Below are positions 20,680 through 43,187 of a DNA stretch of 64,000 nucleotides, one piece after another. Within the stretch, counting starts at the first letter, position 1; each line of letters opens with the position of its first letter. The stretch is from the human T2T-CHM13v2.0 reference genome, Homo sapiens: assembly GCF_009914755.1 (NCBI RefSeq), contig NC_060933.1; one strand, 5' to 3'. A model generated the notes under the pieces. That model did no database searches. It saw only the letters and a list, made by a program, of their open reading frames with translations, and had not been told where the DNA came from. The position numbers and the translations under genes were made by a program.

Positions 20680-21906
20680 AATATTGGTTAAGTCTGTGCT
20701 TCAGACTAGATTTTTCAAGTCTACTGGCTTGTTTGAAAAACGCTTTTAGACAACACATCAGGTTTGTAACTTTTCACAAGTTTAAAATATTTCAAAGGTC
20801 TTTGAAAATTATAAAATCTTGAAATATCTCTATTTTAGTTTTCCGAGGGGTGCTGTTTTGACAGATTTGAAATTTTTTTATTTGAATAAAAAGCCATCAC
20901 TCTTTCATTCAATTTAGTGCCTAGATGTTTCCTTAGAGCCTGGGTTGTTGTTCCAAGAATCTGTGGAGAGTACCAACTTAGCCTGCTGCTGCAAAGACGA
21001 AGGAATCCTTTCTCAGAGAAAACTCAAGACTGAATATGGTAGACTGGATTTTCCAGAGATGGCTGTGGACATAGGCTATCAAAGGGTTTTTGGGATACAC
21101 AGTCCCACATGCCCCTTCCCTCCCATTGCATTCACAATGGATCACCTTTCGATTAAATTTCACCAGCTCATCCCCGGTAATTTTTTATTTGACTGGAAAC
21201 ATGGGCTTTTAAAACACACACAGGGCTCTCCTTTAGCCTGCAGAATGTGGGTATATCTTTACTATTTTCTCCTGCTCATAAAAATACATGCTTTTCACTA
21301 AACGAGTTAAATAACCACCCATAATTCACCCACAAGTTTGGTGTACTTTCTTCCAGTATTTTAAATATGCAAAAATATCGTTTTATTTGTATTTACTACC
21401 TGTGTAACTATATGCTTAGCCTTTTTCCCCCCATTTTGAGTTTATTTTTAATTCAGGGATTAGGTAGCCAGAGTCTGGCCTAGTGACTTCTGACCTTTCA
21501 CTTGTGATCTCTTATCCATCTTCGGCCAGAGGCCTCTTTTTGTAGCCCAGCCTCATCTCTTGTGGACCTTGAACAAATTTCTCCAGCTACTGTCAAATGC
21601 CTGAGATTTGTTAACCACACCATTTATTTTTGCTAACACTAGTTAACAAATAAGCTTTTCTAGAAGAGCTAGGTGGAATATGTCATCAGAGACTTGGAAT
21701 GAAAACAAAATACCCTTGGTAACTTACTTGCACCTGCGTCTTCCTCAGACTGCAAAGTGGTCACCAGCAATTCAGAGAGGCTCCAGTAACAAGCAGCTTC
21801 ACTTTTTATCACGTAACCTAACCATCTTGAGGTTATGTGTCAAAGGAAGAAGACATTTCCTTTTCTAAAAAGTCAACTGCTTTCTTCTTTACTAAAACAA
21901 TTTAGG

Positions 21907-22195
<289 letters not shown>

Positions 22196-22452
22196 TGTAG
22201 GTTTGTCCTTCCAAATTGTTTATCAAATTTTGGTAGATTCAGGAGTTGGGTAACACACAGTAACTGGGCAGCTGATATAAAGTCTGTATTTTTATAACTA
22301 CTCAAGAGCCAGGAAGCCAGCTTTCTGCTAGCATCTTTCTCCTAACATACCATTGGCACATGAAGTTATTATTTCAGAGCTTAATTATATTTCCTGACTA
22401 CACAAAAAGCCAATGCATTAAAAAAAGGCCCACCTTTATATACGAATTAAAA

Positions 22453-22458
22453 TTTATT
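22453..22458 (-). terminator. CTSV: Proximal polyadenylation signal of CTSV
   Basis: AATAAA on - strand ~270 nt after the stop codon, followed by a T-rich tract. Confidence 0.7.
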
Positions 22459-22728
22459 TCAAACTGTTTTGTACATCTTTTTAAAAAATGAAAATTCAAA
22501 AGTCTTAGAATTAAGCAATGAGTCTTTGATATCATAAAGCTGTGTATAACAATAATTAAAGTAGTGGTAACATTTTACCCTTGTAAAAATGTCACAGAAT
22601 TAAAATCTCAACTTGGATCCTCAATGATTCAACTGGTTTATCTTACACAATAAGCGTTTGGTCAGTTTCAAGATAAAATTTCCCCAGACATGCTGTCCTT
22701 AAGTCCTTCCTCCTCACCATCCATCAGC

Positions 22729-22828
22729 TCACACATTGGGGTAGCTGGCTGCTGTGGCGATTCCACAGTGGTTGTTCTTGTCTTTGGCTATTTTTACATA
22801 GCCATTCGAGCCCCATTCTGGACCCCAG
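22729..22828 (-). CDS. CTSV: Cathepsin V exon 8: C-terminus and stop
   Basis: [36 protein letters not shown]; the seven coding exons sum to 1005 nt = 334 aa + stop. Confidence 0.98.
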
Positions 22829-22974
22829 CTGAAAGAGGAGCAGGTTTTCCATTTTATACAAGGAATCAAGGGAAAATTGGCTCCATTAATAATAATAGCT
22901 AATACTTAAACAGTGCTTCCCATGTGTCAGGCACTATTCTAAATGCTGTTAATATCCATTTATAAATGTCCTGA

Positions 22975-23935
<961 letters not shown>

Positions 23936-24505
23936 TTAAGATACTGAGGCAGAACTGGAATTCCACTGTAGCAGTCTGTCCCCACATACTACCTTATGTC
24001 ACATCTCAATTAAAGAATGCTAATTGTGAGAAAATAGATTCTGACAACCTTCAAAGCCTGAGAGCTGGGGAGTGAAATTCGATGACAGGGCATCCAATGA
24101 CAATAGAAGGATGCACACAGACCACTGGACTCCCGGATGATCTCTCAGACTTAACAAAGAACCAGCAGAGGCAGATGTTTCTGCTTACTATTCCTTGTTG
24201 AAAAATTAGACAGAAAAAAGCAATCAGCTCTCAAACCTACAGGTCCACAGTCCTTTGTCTGAAACCCTTGAGGACTAATGTGTTTCAGAATTTAAAAATT
24301 TTCAAAACTTAGTAATAAAATATTACAAATACATAGCAATAACTCCAAAAAGCTTGGTACGGAATCTTATAATCAAACATTAATATTTCTGTGTTCACTC
24401 TAAGTAGAAGAAAGACTTTCGGAATTTTGAAATTGAGCTTTTGTGAACTTGTATCCAAATACTGATTTGGAACAAAAATTCCCTTTTCAATTTTGAGTTT
24501 TATAC

Positions 24506-24623
24506 CTGTTTTTGACGAGCCAATACTTGCTGTTATTCGAATTTGCTCCTTCAAAGCCGTAGCCAACCACCAGAACACCATGATCCAGGTTTTTGCTGCT
24601 GCAGTCTGGTTCAAAATAAATGC
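24506..24623 (-). CDS. CTSV: Cathepsin V exon 7: catalytic His (LDHGV) and Asn (WLVKN)
   Basis: [39 protein letters not shown], 118 nt, ag/gt boundaries. Confidence 0.98.
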
Positions 24624-25307
24624 CTGGGAGAGTAAAATTAATGCTGGGGTGAGAAGCTCCAAGCGACATGTGACAGTAACCCACCCTACCACCCTCCATA
24701 AGGGAGGCATCTCTAAATTCAGTAAAATGTCATAAACAAATGCCAAATAAGGACCCAAACAATATTGGCCGGAAAACAGTAATGGCTGATAAAGGAAAAA
24801 AGTCAACCTCAACTCACTAGAAATCAACTAACTTCAACTAAGTTCAAGATATTTTCTACCAAAAAAAATGAAAATCCAAAAGATAAAACCTATTGTTTAC
24901 AGCTAAGGTGATTTAGATATCTCTGAGCCCAAATACCAACTCGCATAATCCCTTTCTGTTCCTAGGATGTCAGTCTAAAATAGCACCAAAATAAACAAAC
25001 AAAAACTTGAAGGGGATTCTTTACAGTCCTAATTACAGTAGTAAAAAACTTTGAGAAAAAAAGGCCCAACAACTGGAAAATAGTTTGGAAAATTAGGTTG
25101 TCTCTATACAATTACATAGCCATTTAAAAATATTTATGAGAAGTTTAACATAACTAAGTATTTTCTCATGTCAAATGCAAACATCACTATGTTAAATGCT
25201 CACTCTCAAAATACTACATTCCTGCAAAGCAGGATGTCATATCCAAGAATCAATCACAGTGATGCTTCCCAATTCTGCCTAAATTTCTATAATAAAATGA
25301 CACTTAC

Positions 25308-25473
25308 CTGATTTGTAGAACTGGAAGGACGAATGGCCTGCATCCATAGCAACGGAGATGGGCCCCACAGTTGCGACTGCTTTCATCAGGGCCTTCTCCT
25401 TTCCAGGTGCGACCACTGTGAAGCCAGTGTCATTAGCAACAGAATTCTCAGGTCTGTACTTACAGATTTCATC
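25308..25473 (-). CDS. CTSV: Cathepsin V exon 6
   Basis: [18 protein letters not shown]...[19 protein letters not shown], 166 nt, donor |gtaagt. Confidence 0.98.
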
Positions 25474-25812
25474 CTTTTAAAGTTAAAGGGGGAGAGACTT
25501 GATCACTACCATCTACCTCCTGGGGAACATTAGTTCTAGAACCGAAACACTCAGCAATTTGCAACCTAGGATTTCCAAATCAACACCCTTATAAATCGTC
25601 CCATGAAATAAAATGCTATTTGTTGATTTGAAAATGAAAAATTAGTTGACATTTCTTCAATGAGAACCCCTAGGTCAATCTGTCCATAAAAAATTTTTCA
25701 CAATGGATAAAGTTCTATTATATGTAGAATGGTTTGCTTATTCTCCATGTTATGTAAAAGCAAGAACAGCTGTGTGTTAACCATCTAATGGTACTTATAT
25801 GGTAACCATTAG

Positions 25813-26148
<336 letters not shown>

Positions 26149-26179
26149 AAAGGCTAATAATTTATAATGACAATACTCA

Positions 26180-26527
<348 letters not shown>

Positions 26528-26613
26528 CTAAAAAGGGAGAAAAAAAAAGCTGTAAATTTACAAGACCAATACAAATACAGTACCCCATAATTGAATTACC
26601 TTAATATTCTTTA

Positions 26614-26958
<345 letters not shown>

Positions 26959-27031
26959 CTACCACAGCAATGACACCAATTCCTTCTTGGCTTTCCTGTG
27001 GAGACAGGGTCTGAATCTGACGCTGTCTCAC

Positions 27032-27178
27032 CTGATTCTTCACTGGCGTCACGTAGCCTTTCTTTCTCCAATCCACAGATTTGGGAAGATCAAGAAACAG
27101 AGGCTCACGGAACACTTTCCCCTTCCTGAATTTCTGGTTTCGAAAGCAACCCATCATCTGCCTGAATTCTTCATTGGT
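27032..27178 (-). CDS. CTSV: Cathepsin V exon 4: end of propeptide and start of mature enzyme (LPKSVDWR)
   Basis: TNEEFRQMM...[19 protein letters not shown], 147 nt, ag/gt boundaries; preceding intron is only 94 nt. Confidence 0.98.
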
Positions 27179-27272
27179 CTTCAAGGAGAAGTAAATAAAA
27201 TGTTAAAAGCAAGACTATTTTGGTGAAGAACTGAGAAGCAGCACAGAGTTCAGCAATCCTTGCCACACTCAC

Positions 27273-27395
27273 CATGTCACCAAAAGCATTCATGGCCATT
27301 GTGAAGCCATGTTTCCCTTGGCTGTATTCCCCATTGTGCAGTTCAATCATTTTCATATTCTTTTCCCACACTGCTCTCCTCCATCCTTCTTCATT
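27273..27395 (-). CDS. CTSV: Cathepsin V exon 3: propeptide (ERFNIN-like and GNFD-like motifs)
   Basis: [41 protein letters not shown], 123 nt, ag/gt boundaries. Confidence 0.98.
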
Positions 27396-27697
27396 CTAGA
27401 GGCAAACATATAGCTGGTGGACTTTATGTCTACTTACCCAACCCATGTTCACCAAGCCGATTTGCGGGCAGAAATGGAAGAGAAACCATGGCCAGGGATG
27501 GGTTGATACTTCTCTGGGAGCTGTTCTCCAAGCCAAGACACAATGGAGATATATGCCCATATTGCACCTATAATGGGTGCTGTTAGGTTATTGCCTGGTA
27601 AGGTCTGGTGTCTAGAAGCTACTCTCTGGCTATCAACTCCCAACAGCGAGGACCATTCTCTCCAGAGTCCCTCTGGACAGTTTCAGATGTTACCAAC

Positions 27698-27823
27698 CGC
27701 GCCATATAATCTTCTGTGTGTTGCCTTCCACTGGTACCACTTTGTATCCAAATTTTGGTCAAATTTTGGAACAGCGGAGGCTATTCCCAAGCAAAAGGCA
27801 GCCAGGACGAGCGAAAGATTCAT
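27698..27823 (-). CDS. CTSV: Cathepsin V coding exon (exon 2): signal peptide and start of propeptide
   Basis: MNLSLVLAAFCLGIASAVPKFDQNLDTKWYQWKATHRRLYGA (126 nt); acceptor tctag| with exon starting at 27833; donor |gttggt. Confidence 0.98.
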
Positions 27824-28339
27824 GTTTCAAAACCTAGAAAGAGAAAAGAAATGAGTATCTGATTAGACCAATCCTAAAAAGCCATCTTACAGCCCCCGTG
27901 GAATAGAAATATTTCAATTATTCTCCCTAGCATTTCCCCAAGGACTGTGGAAGAGGCTGAAACAGGCCAAGTGGAGGTATTTGATGGGCCCACCAAAATT
28001 AAAAGCAGCCTGCAGAGTTGGAGGCGTTGAAACAGCATATGCGATAATTTAGGGTATGAGAAGGGTGTGAAAGATACCTGACGGGTGAGAAGCTTAAGGC
28101 AACAACTAGAAAACTAGGAAAGAGTTGGTCCAGGTTTTGCACCAATTGTACTGAGGTCATCCAGGCAAAACCTCACTAATGAAGACGTACCATCCCAAGT
28201 AGATGCAAGCGGATCCCCAAGGAACACCACCTCACACCTTCTTGGCTGATACACAGCAGGAGATGAGCTATGTCTTCCAACCTCTCCTTTTGGAATAAAA
28301 CCTTTCGGGAATCCCTTTCCAGGAGACACTGGGAAGGAG

Positions 28340-29230
28340 AGCACCCACTATTCCCGCCGTCCCACACTTGGGTCTGTGCTACTCGCTCCCCTAAACCGGG
28401 GCAGGGTCACAAGGCCGCGCCGCTGGAAGCCAGGGGCCCCAGGGCCAGGGCCCGGACCGAGGCAGGCAGCTCCCGGAGCTCCGGGCGGGCCAGGACCGGG
28501 GCCGCACCGCCTGCTCTCGCCCTCTGCACGCGCCGCCGCGCCCCGAGAATGTTTGCGGCGGTGCAGGGAGCGGGGGCTCCGCGGCCAGGCTGGGGGCATG
28601 AAGCCGCCCGGTCCGGTCCGGCTTCAGCCCACAGGATGACTGACCTGCCCCGCCCGGGCCCTCCCAGTGGTGCCGGCGCCTCCCTGGGGTCTCCAACCGC
28701 CCTCCCCCGTTCCCCACCTCGAGGCTGGCAGAGCTCCGGGCAGAAGCTCTCACTCCCAGAAGCGCCCGCCTCCTCTCAGTGTCCCTAAAGGGGGGTTCCC
28801 TCCTCCAGTCCCCCTTCGCCCTGTCCCTCGGTCTGGTCGGGGGCGCTCACCAGCAGCCGTCGCAGCTGCGCAGGCACCCTCAGCAAACAAGCCTCTGAGA
28901 TTACAGACGTCCGCGGTCTGGTGCAGGTTCGCCCGCCTCGGGATTTAAGTTTCCAGGCGGCCTTCCCCGCCCCCACCGCCTTCCCGCGCTGCGATTGGCT
29001 GTGCCGGCCACTGGGCGGGGCCCCGGGCGCTTAGAGCCCGCGCGTGACGCAGCCCAGTCCCAACCCGTCTCAGGTCTGGGCGCGCCTACCTCAATACACC
29101 CTGGCTGCGGGAAGCTGGGCCGGGCGCCCGGGGGCTGCGCGGAGGAGGGGGAGGCGCCTCCCTCAAGGGCTCAGATCTACTGACTATCCCGACTTACTGC
29201 GCTGAGCGGGTGGTTTACAGCGAGCTCTGT
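28340..29230 (-). promoter_or_regulatory. CTSV: CTSV CpG island and promoter
   Basis: TATA-like TTAAAT (28943-28948, - strand), CCAAT (28994-28998, - strand), GC boxes at ~28965 and ~29013; high CpG density across exon 1 and intron 1. Confidence 0.85.
28851..28920 (-). other. CTSV: CTSV exon 1 (non-coding 5'UTR); TSS approximate
   Basis: Donor CTG|gtgagc at 28850; lies ~25 nt downstream of a TATA-like TTAAAT; matches my recollection of the CTSV mRNA leader. Confidence 0.8.
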
Positions 29231-29689
29231 GTGGTATTTCAGTCCCTACTTTAACTTAGTCCTAGAGTTTTTGGTGAAAATCTGCAGGGCCGGGAGCCAG
29301 GGTACTCTCGTTCAGTGGCTCCTGTTTAGTCCACGGCAAAGGTGGGACGGAGTGGAAGAACGCACAGCCCCCAGCAGAAGCATTACCTTCCACTTAAGGG
29401 TGGGTGCATCAGGGCTTTAGAAGAATCTGGTAAGGAAAGGCACTCCCAAAACACGGGATGGATGGTCGAGACCGGACACCAGGAGGGACGGGACTAGCTG
29501 ATAGGGTGTCCAGAGACCGCGGAGCGTTTTGTGGTGCGTCCTTCCCAGTCTGTTGCATTCAGGAATTCTTCCTTCTCCCATGTCTTTCAATACCAAAAAA
29601 AAAAAAAAAAAAAAAAAAAGAGTTACAGAAATATTTGGTTAATAAAAAAGAGAAAAGCGTTGAGAATGGTGAAATAAATTGCTTTAAAA

Positions 29690-30314
<625 letters not shown>

Positions 30315-30561
30315 CTAAAGATTTAAGGAAATCATTAATAATTCAGAAACGTTTCTAATTCTTTTTAAAGTTATATAAAAAAATCCATTATAAAAAATAT
30401 GTTTTAGAAAATAAACGTCCCTTGTGCCCTCTCCATAACCCTTTTCTAGGCATATCTTTTTTTGTTTTTACAAAAATGAAGTTATAATGCATATTGATTA
30501 ATAAACTCTTAAAGATTAAATTGAATAATATCCACAGTTTTTACTTGTTAATTTGAAAATT

Positions 30562-30941
30562 TGTGAAATCAAGTTTAGCCTAAAGCTGCCTCCCCATGTG
30601 ATTTAAGTTTGGCCTAAAGGTTTCTCTGTACATAGCGAATTGTAATCTAAATGGAGGTGTAAACAGACTGTAGCCTGCTCTTGTGCCTATCCCCGAATTT
30701 CTGTAAATCAAAGAGGTTCAGTTGTTCAAACCATGTTCAAATAAGGCAAACATGGAGCTGTATCCAATCCTGCAGTTTCTGTGCCTCACTTGCCCTTTTC
30801 TGTCTATAAATCTTCCCCCATGTGGCTGCACTGGAGTCTCTCTGAGCCTACTCTGGCACTGGAGGCTGCCAGATTCACGAATTGTTTTTTGCTCAATTAA
30901 ATTCTCTTAAATTTAATTTGGCTATGGATTTTCTTTTAACA
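30562..30941 (+). mobile_element. MER57-family (ERV1) solo LTR
   Basis: tgtgaaatcaagtttagcctaaagctgcctcc...ttttaaca; TG..CA ends; 4-bp TSD AATT. Confidence 0.88.
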
Positions 30942-31127
30942 AATTAAAAACAATTAAACTGACAACTTTTCAGAAGCACCATCAGGCAAATACATCTTTT
31001 TAAAAATCAATTTATTAATAATTATATGTCCTTCCTTTAAATAAATAGCAGCTTTTCCCTCTCAAATACAACTAGGGGCCAAAGCTGTCAGGTGGTTATA
31101 TAAAAAATACAAAAGTATATTGTATTG

Positions 31128-31377
31128 CAGGCCAAGGTAGGTGGATCTCCTGAGCCTGGGAGTTTGAGACCAGCCTGGGCAACATGGCGAAATCACACCT
31201 CTACCAAAAATACAAAACAAACAAACAAAAATTAGCCAGGCATGGTGATGCATGCCTGTAGTCCCAACTACTTGGGAGACTGAGGTTGTAGTGAGCGGAG
31301 CAGAGCATGCGCCACTGCACTCCAACCTGGGTGACAGAGCGAGATGCCGTCCCAAAAAAAAAAAAAAAAAAAAAAAA
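31128..31377 (+). mobile_element. AluJ (internally deleted)
   Basis: Alu motifs, A tail. Confidence 0.9.
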
Positions 31378-31503
31378 GCATCTTGTACTTGTACTGCAAA
31401 TTTGCCGTCTCAAAAAAAAAAAAAAAGCATCTTGTACTGCAAATAGCTGTTTTTTTTCTTTTTTAAAAATTAATCATTGTGTTGAACACAATCATCATTC
31501 ACA

Positions 31504-31909
31504 TGTGGAAATAAATGAAGACCACCACCTAAGAACAAACAGAGGCCATATATTCAGAACTTGCTATAACAAAGGAGATAATTCAAAGACGAGGGAGAAG
31601 AAAAGCTTTAGGGGAAAAAGGGGGCAACTTCAGCTATGTCCTCTTTGCAGAGTGTCGTCATGGAGAAGCTGAAGGAGGGATAACTAGAGATGGAGCGTCT
31701 TATGTGATTTGTTTGTGGAGTATATTTGGTTTTTCTGGTTTGTCCTGGGTTGGAAGCAGAGGCAAAAATGAGGAAGCTGTCAGCCACTGAGTAAGTCCTG
31801 ACTGTTCTGAGTTGGTCTCTGCAGATATTATGCTTCATTTCTTCTGTGGGTCAGAGTTCTATTGCCATATACTATGGCCATTGTCTATTTGTTTACTCAG
31901 TCTATCACA
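31504..31909 (-). mobile_element. ERV1 solo LTR, MER31/MER67-like
   Basis: TG..CA-bounded ~400 bp; - strand begins tgtgatagactgagtaaacaaatagacaatggccata. Confidence 0.6.
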
Positions 31910-32556
31910 AGAAAGCTAAGTTATTCTAACACGTGGGTTTTACAGTTGCCCTTGGGCCACAGCTCCCTAAGATTGTAGGGTGGAGAAACCTGCCAGGCCA
32001 TTAAGATCTGTGCCTTAAGCAATAGCCTGACAGCAGATGAGTGGCAGGTGCTGCCCTGAAGAATGGCATCCCCTTTGTTTTTTGGAATGTGAGACAAAAG
32101 TAGTGGAGAAAACATAGACCCTTTTCAAACCAAGTGTGCCCCAAATCTAAAATTATACCAGAAATATGTAAATGCAGAAGAAATATGGGAGAAAGCCAAT
32201 AAGCAAGAGGGTGGAAGACGTTATTGCTCCAACTTAGGACACCTATTTATATCTATTTATACACATCTGTAAAAAAATGCATTACAGAAATGTGGTATTA
32301 CTAGCCAGGACAGTTGTATTTAAATATTTGTTTCTTTCCCTACTCTTCTATTCCTATTTCTTTGCAAAATAATTTTGATGAGTGATAATTTTTAGAACAG
32401 TCACATGTTAGTGAAGCAACCAAGCCTTGGTTATGCCTTTAATAAAATGGAGTTGGCAGAACTTCCTGATTCCTATTTAAAACGCAGTGCCTGTGAAAGT
32501 ATATTCTCACGTGCATCTGTGTAGCTTTCTTTTACTCACTATTAAAAGAGGATATA

Positions 32557-35953
<3,397 letters not shown>

Positions 35954-36976
35954 TCAAGGGTGGGGACAGGCTCTTTTCTAAAGTGAATAAATAACTTAAT
36001 GCACGTTAGGCCATCAGGGCTTAGACAAGGAAGCTGAGCTTTTGGGCTCTTGCCTGGTCCCTCCACCAGTGCCCATCACTTGCTTGGCAAACTGGACTCT
36101 GGGAGCCAGAGGATACTAAGAGAGCTGGAATGTGAGCACCAAGGCCGTGCAGGTAAAGCCCCGAGGCTCCCCAGGGCAGTCTCTCCACTTCAGTGTGAAT
36201 GAGGCTCAGCTGGATTCACACTGAAAGGAATAGAAGACAGGTGAGTCATGCAGCAGGCAGGCTGCCCAGGCAGGACTGGGCCTCCACACCTTCCTACCCC
36301 ACCAGCTTCCAGGAGGGCGTTTTTGCCCGGTTCTTCGTGGGTGTTTTTGTGCTTGATCATTTCTAGGAGACAAAGGCTCTGCCTCTTACCTGTGCTAATT
36401 AAATGTCAGATTTTAAGCCTGGCTCCAATGATAATACGTCAATGACTCATGGTTCTGAGAAGCCCAGGTATTATAAAAAGTGAGGTCTATTCATTCACCA
36501 ATTTTAAAAACAAACACATAAAATATTCTTTTAAAAAAATTTGAGACCACAGAAAGGAAATAGAACCAGATAATCAAGCATCCGTGATTCTCTGTATGAT
36601 CCCCTTATAAATCAAAACAGGGAAATCTTCTCCGTATAAGCTTGAAAGTTTTTCTGAGCTACAAACTCCACATTGGTGGTTTTGTTTTTTATGTTCCTTG
36701 TTTTCTCCTTCCCACCTCCCCACACCAGTGCTGCCCCCTTGTTTTGGTTTTCTTGTCCTCAAATCAGACCCACAGCTGTGGTCCCAAGCACTTCTAAACT
36801 TCATCCTCAAATCCAGAGGATCCACTGAGGACCCAGCTTCTCCTTAGGAGAACTAGCCCACCCTCTGCAAAAGGAATCTGATCTTTTTTTGATCATTGCT
36901 AAGATAGAAAGAGGAAACAACATGTAACAGTTCAGTATAAAACTCACAGTTCTGATCCGAGGAGGAACAATTGCTT

Positions 36977-40035
<3,059 letters not shown>

Positions 40036-40191
40036 CTATAGAAATTTCTCCCATGAAAATTGGCATATCTTTGAGAAGTGACATTCAATCCAAAGGCAGA
40101 GTAACTTTTCTGTGAAAATTGTTGCCATTGAAATTCTATATACTGACCATGTTTATTGCTTTAACCATTCTTGCCCACCTGCTATCCCACT

Positions 40192-41001
40192 TGTGAAACT
40201 GTGAAATATATATTTGGTTTCGACCCTGTTTCCTGACATATGACTCCTAAAATCCTTAGAAACACCAAAATGGTGTCTTTCTGTTTGCTAATGATTGACT
40301 GGTGGCTGGCAGCCCTTCAATAGCTTCAGCATGGGGCTGGTAACAGGAAAGAACAAGGCAGGATTAGAGGGGTAGGACTTGCAGCCTCACCCCCGAAACC
40401 TCTAGGGAGGGGAGAGGGACTCACAGTTCAATTGATTACCAATGGCCAGTGGTTTAATCAATCATGCTGACATAATGAGGCCTCCATAAAAATCCAAAAA
40501 GGACAGGATTCAGAGAGCTTCCAGATGGCTGAACACACGGAGGTTCCTGGTGGGTAATACATGGAAAAGGCGTGGAAACTCTGCACCTCTTCCCCCGTAC
40601 CTTGGCCTGCGCGTCTCTTCAACTGGATCCTTTATAATAACCTAGTAAATGTAAGTAAGTTTTTCTGAGTTCTGTGAGCCACTCTAGTAAATTAATCAAA
40701 CCCAAAAAGGGCATTGTGGGAACATGCACTTGAAGCCAGTCGGGCAGACGTTCCAGAGGGCAAGCTTTTGGCTGGGTTCAGGGGTGGGGGTTTGGTCTTG
40801 GCCCTCAACCTGTGGGATCTGATGTTGTCTCCAGGTAGATAGTGTCAGAATTAAATTGAAGAACACCCTGCTGGTGTCCACTGCAAAACTGATTGCTCAT
40901 TTGCTGGTGGGGACCACCTATTTAGTCACAGAAGTCTTCTGTGTTGATTGTTTTGGTGTGAAAGCAGAGAAAAACACAGTTTGAGTTTTTCCAGTTTCAC
41001 A
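40192..41001 (+). mobile_element. MER21A/B-type 5' LTR
   Basis: Begins tgtgaaactgtgaaatatatatttgg, ends ..ttcaca, immediately followed by a primer-binding site. Confidence 0.85.
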
Positions 41002-41003
41002 TC

Positions 41004-41024
41004 TGGTGTCAGAGGAGTGGGATT
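41004..41024 (+). promoter_or_regulatory. Retroviral primer-binding site, tRNA-Leu type
   Basis: TGGTGTCAGAGGAGTGGGATT is close to the complement of the tRNA-Leu 3' end (TGGTGTCAGGAGTGGGATT), 2 nt after the LTR. Confidence 0.8.
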
Positions 41025-41175
41025 TGTTAGACTGGCTCTGGCTCATGGAAACACATGGTTTGGTGAAAGAAAGGATGCAAGGGTAGGGATAAGACCAGAA
41101 TCCTTTGATTCCTGGGTGGCCACATGGTCATGCACAGTGTGGAGCTGTTGAGTTACTAAAGGTAAAAATTACTGG

Positions 41176-42019
<844 letters not shown>

Positions 42020-42324
42020 ACCAGAATTTTTTTTTTTTTTTTTTTTTTTAAAGACAAGATCTCTGGCTCTGTCGCCCAGGCTGGAGTTCAGTGGTGCCAC
42101 TGTGGTTCACGGCAGCTGACTTCTTGGCTTCAAACAGTTCTCTTGCTTTGGCCTCCCAAAGTGCTGGGATTACAGGCATGAGCCACCACATTTGGCCACC
42201 GGTGGAATTTAGAGATGGATCCAACTCTCAGGGGGTTGGTTCCCCGGATGCATAAGAAAATGCAAACTGATAAGTAAAAAGCAAAATATTCAATCCCTTG
42301 GTTATTGTTATCTGTAATAGCTAT

Positions 42325-43187
<863 letters not shown>

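Noticed and set aside
28270-29183. Multiple Pro/Arg/Gly-rich ORFs
   Set aside because: Stop-poor frames are expected in a CpG island
41004-41024. Possible tRNA-Leu gene on the - strand
   Set aside because: Only the 3'-terminal ~20 nt match, directly next to an LTR, so it is a primer-binding site
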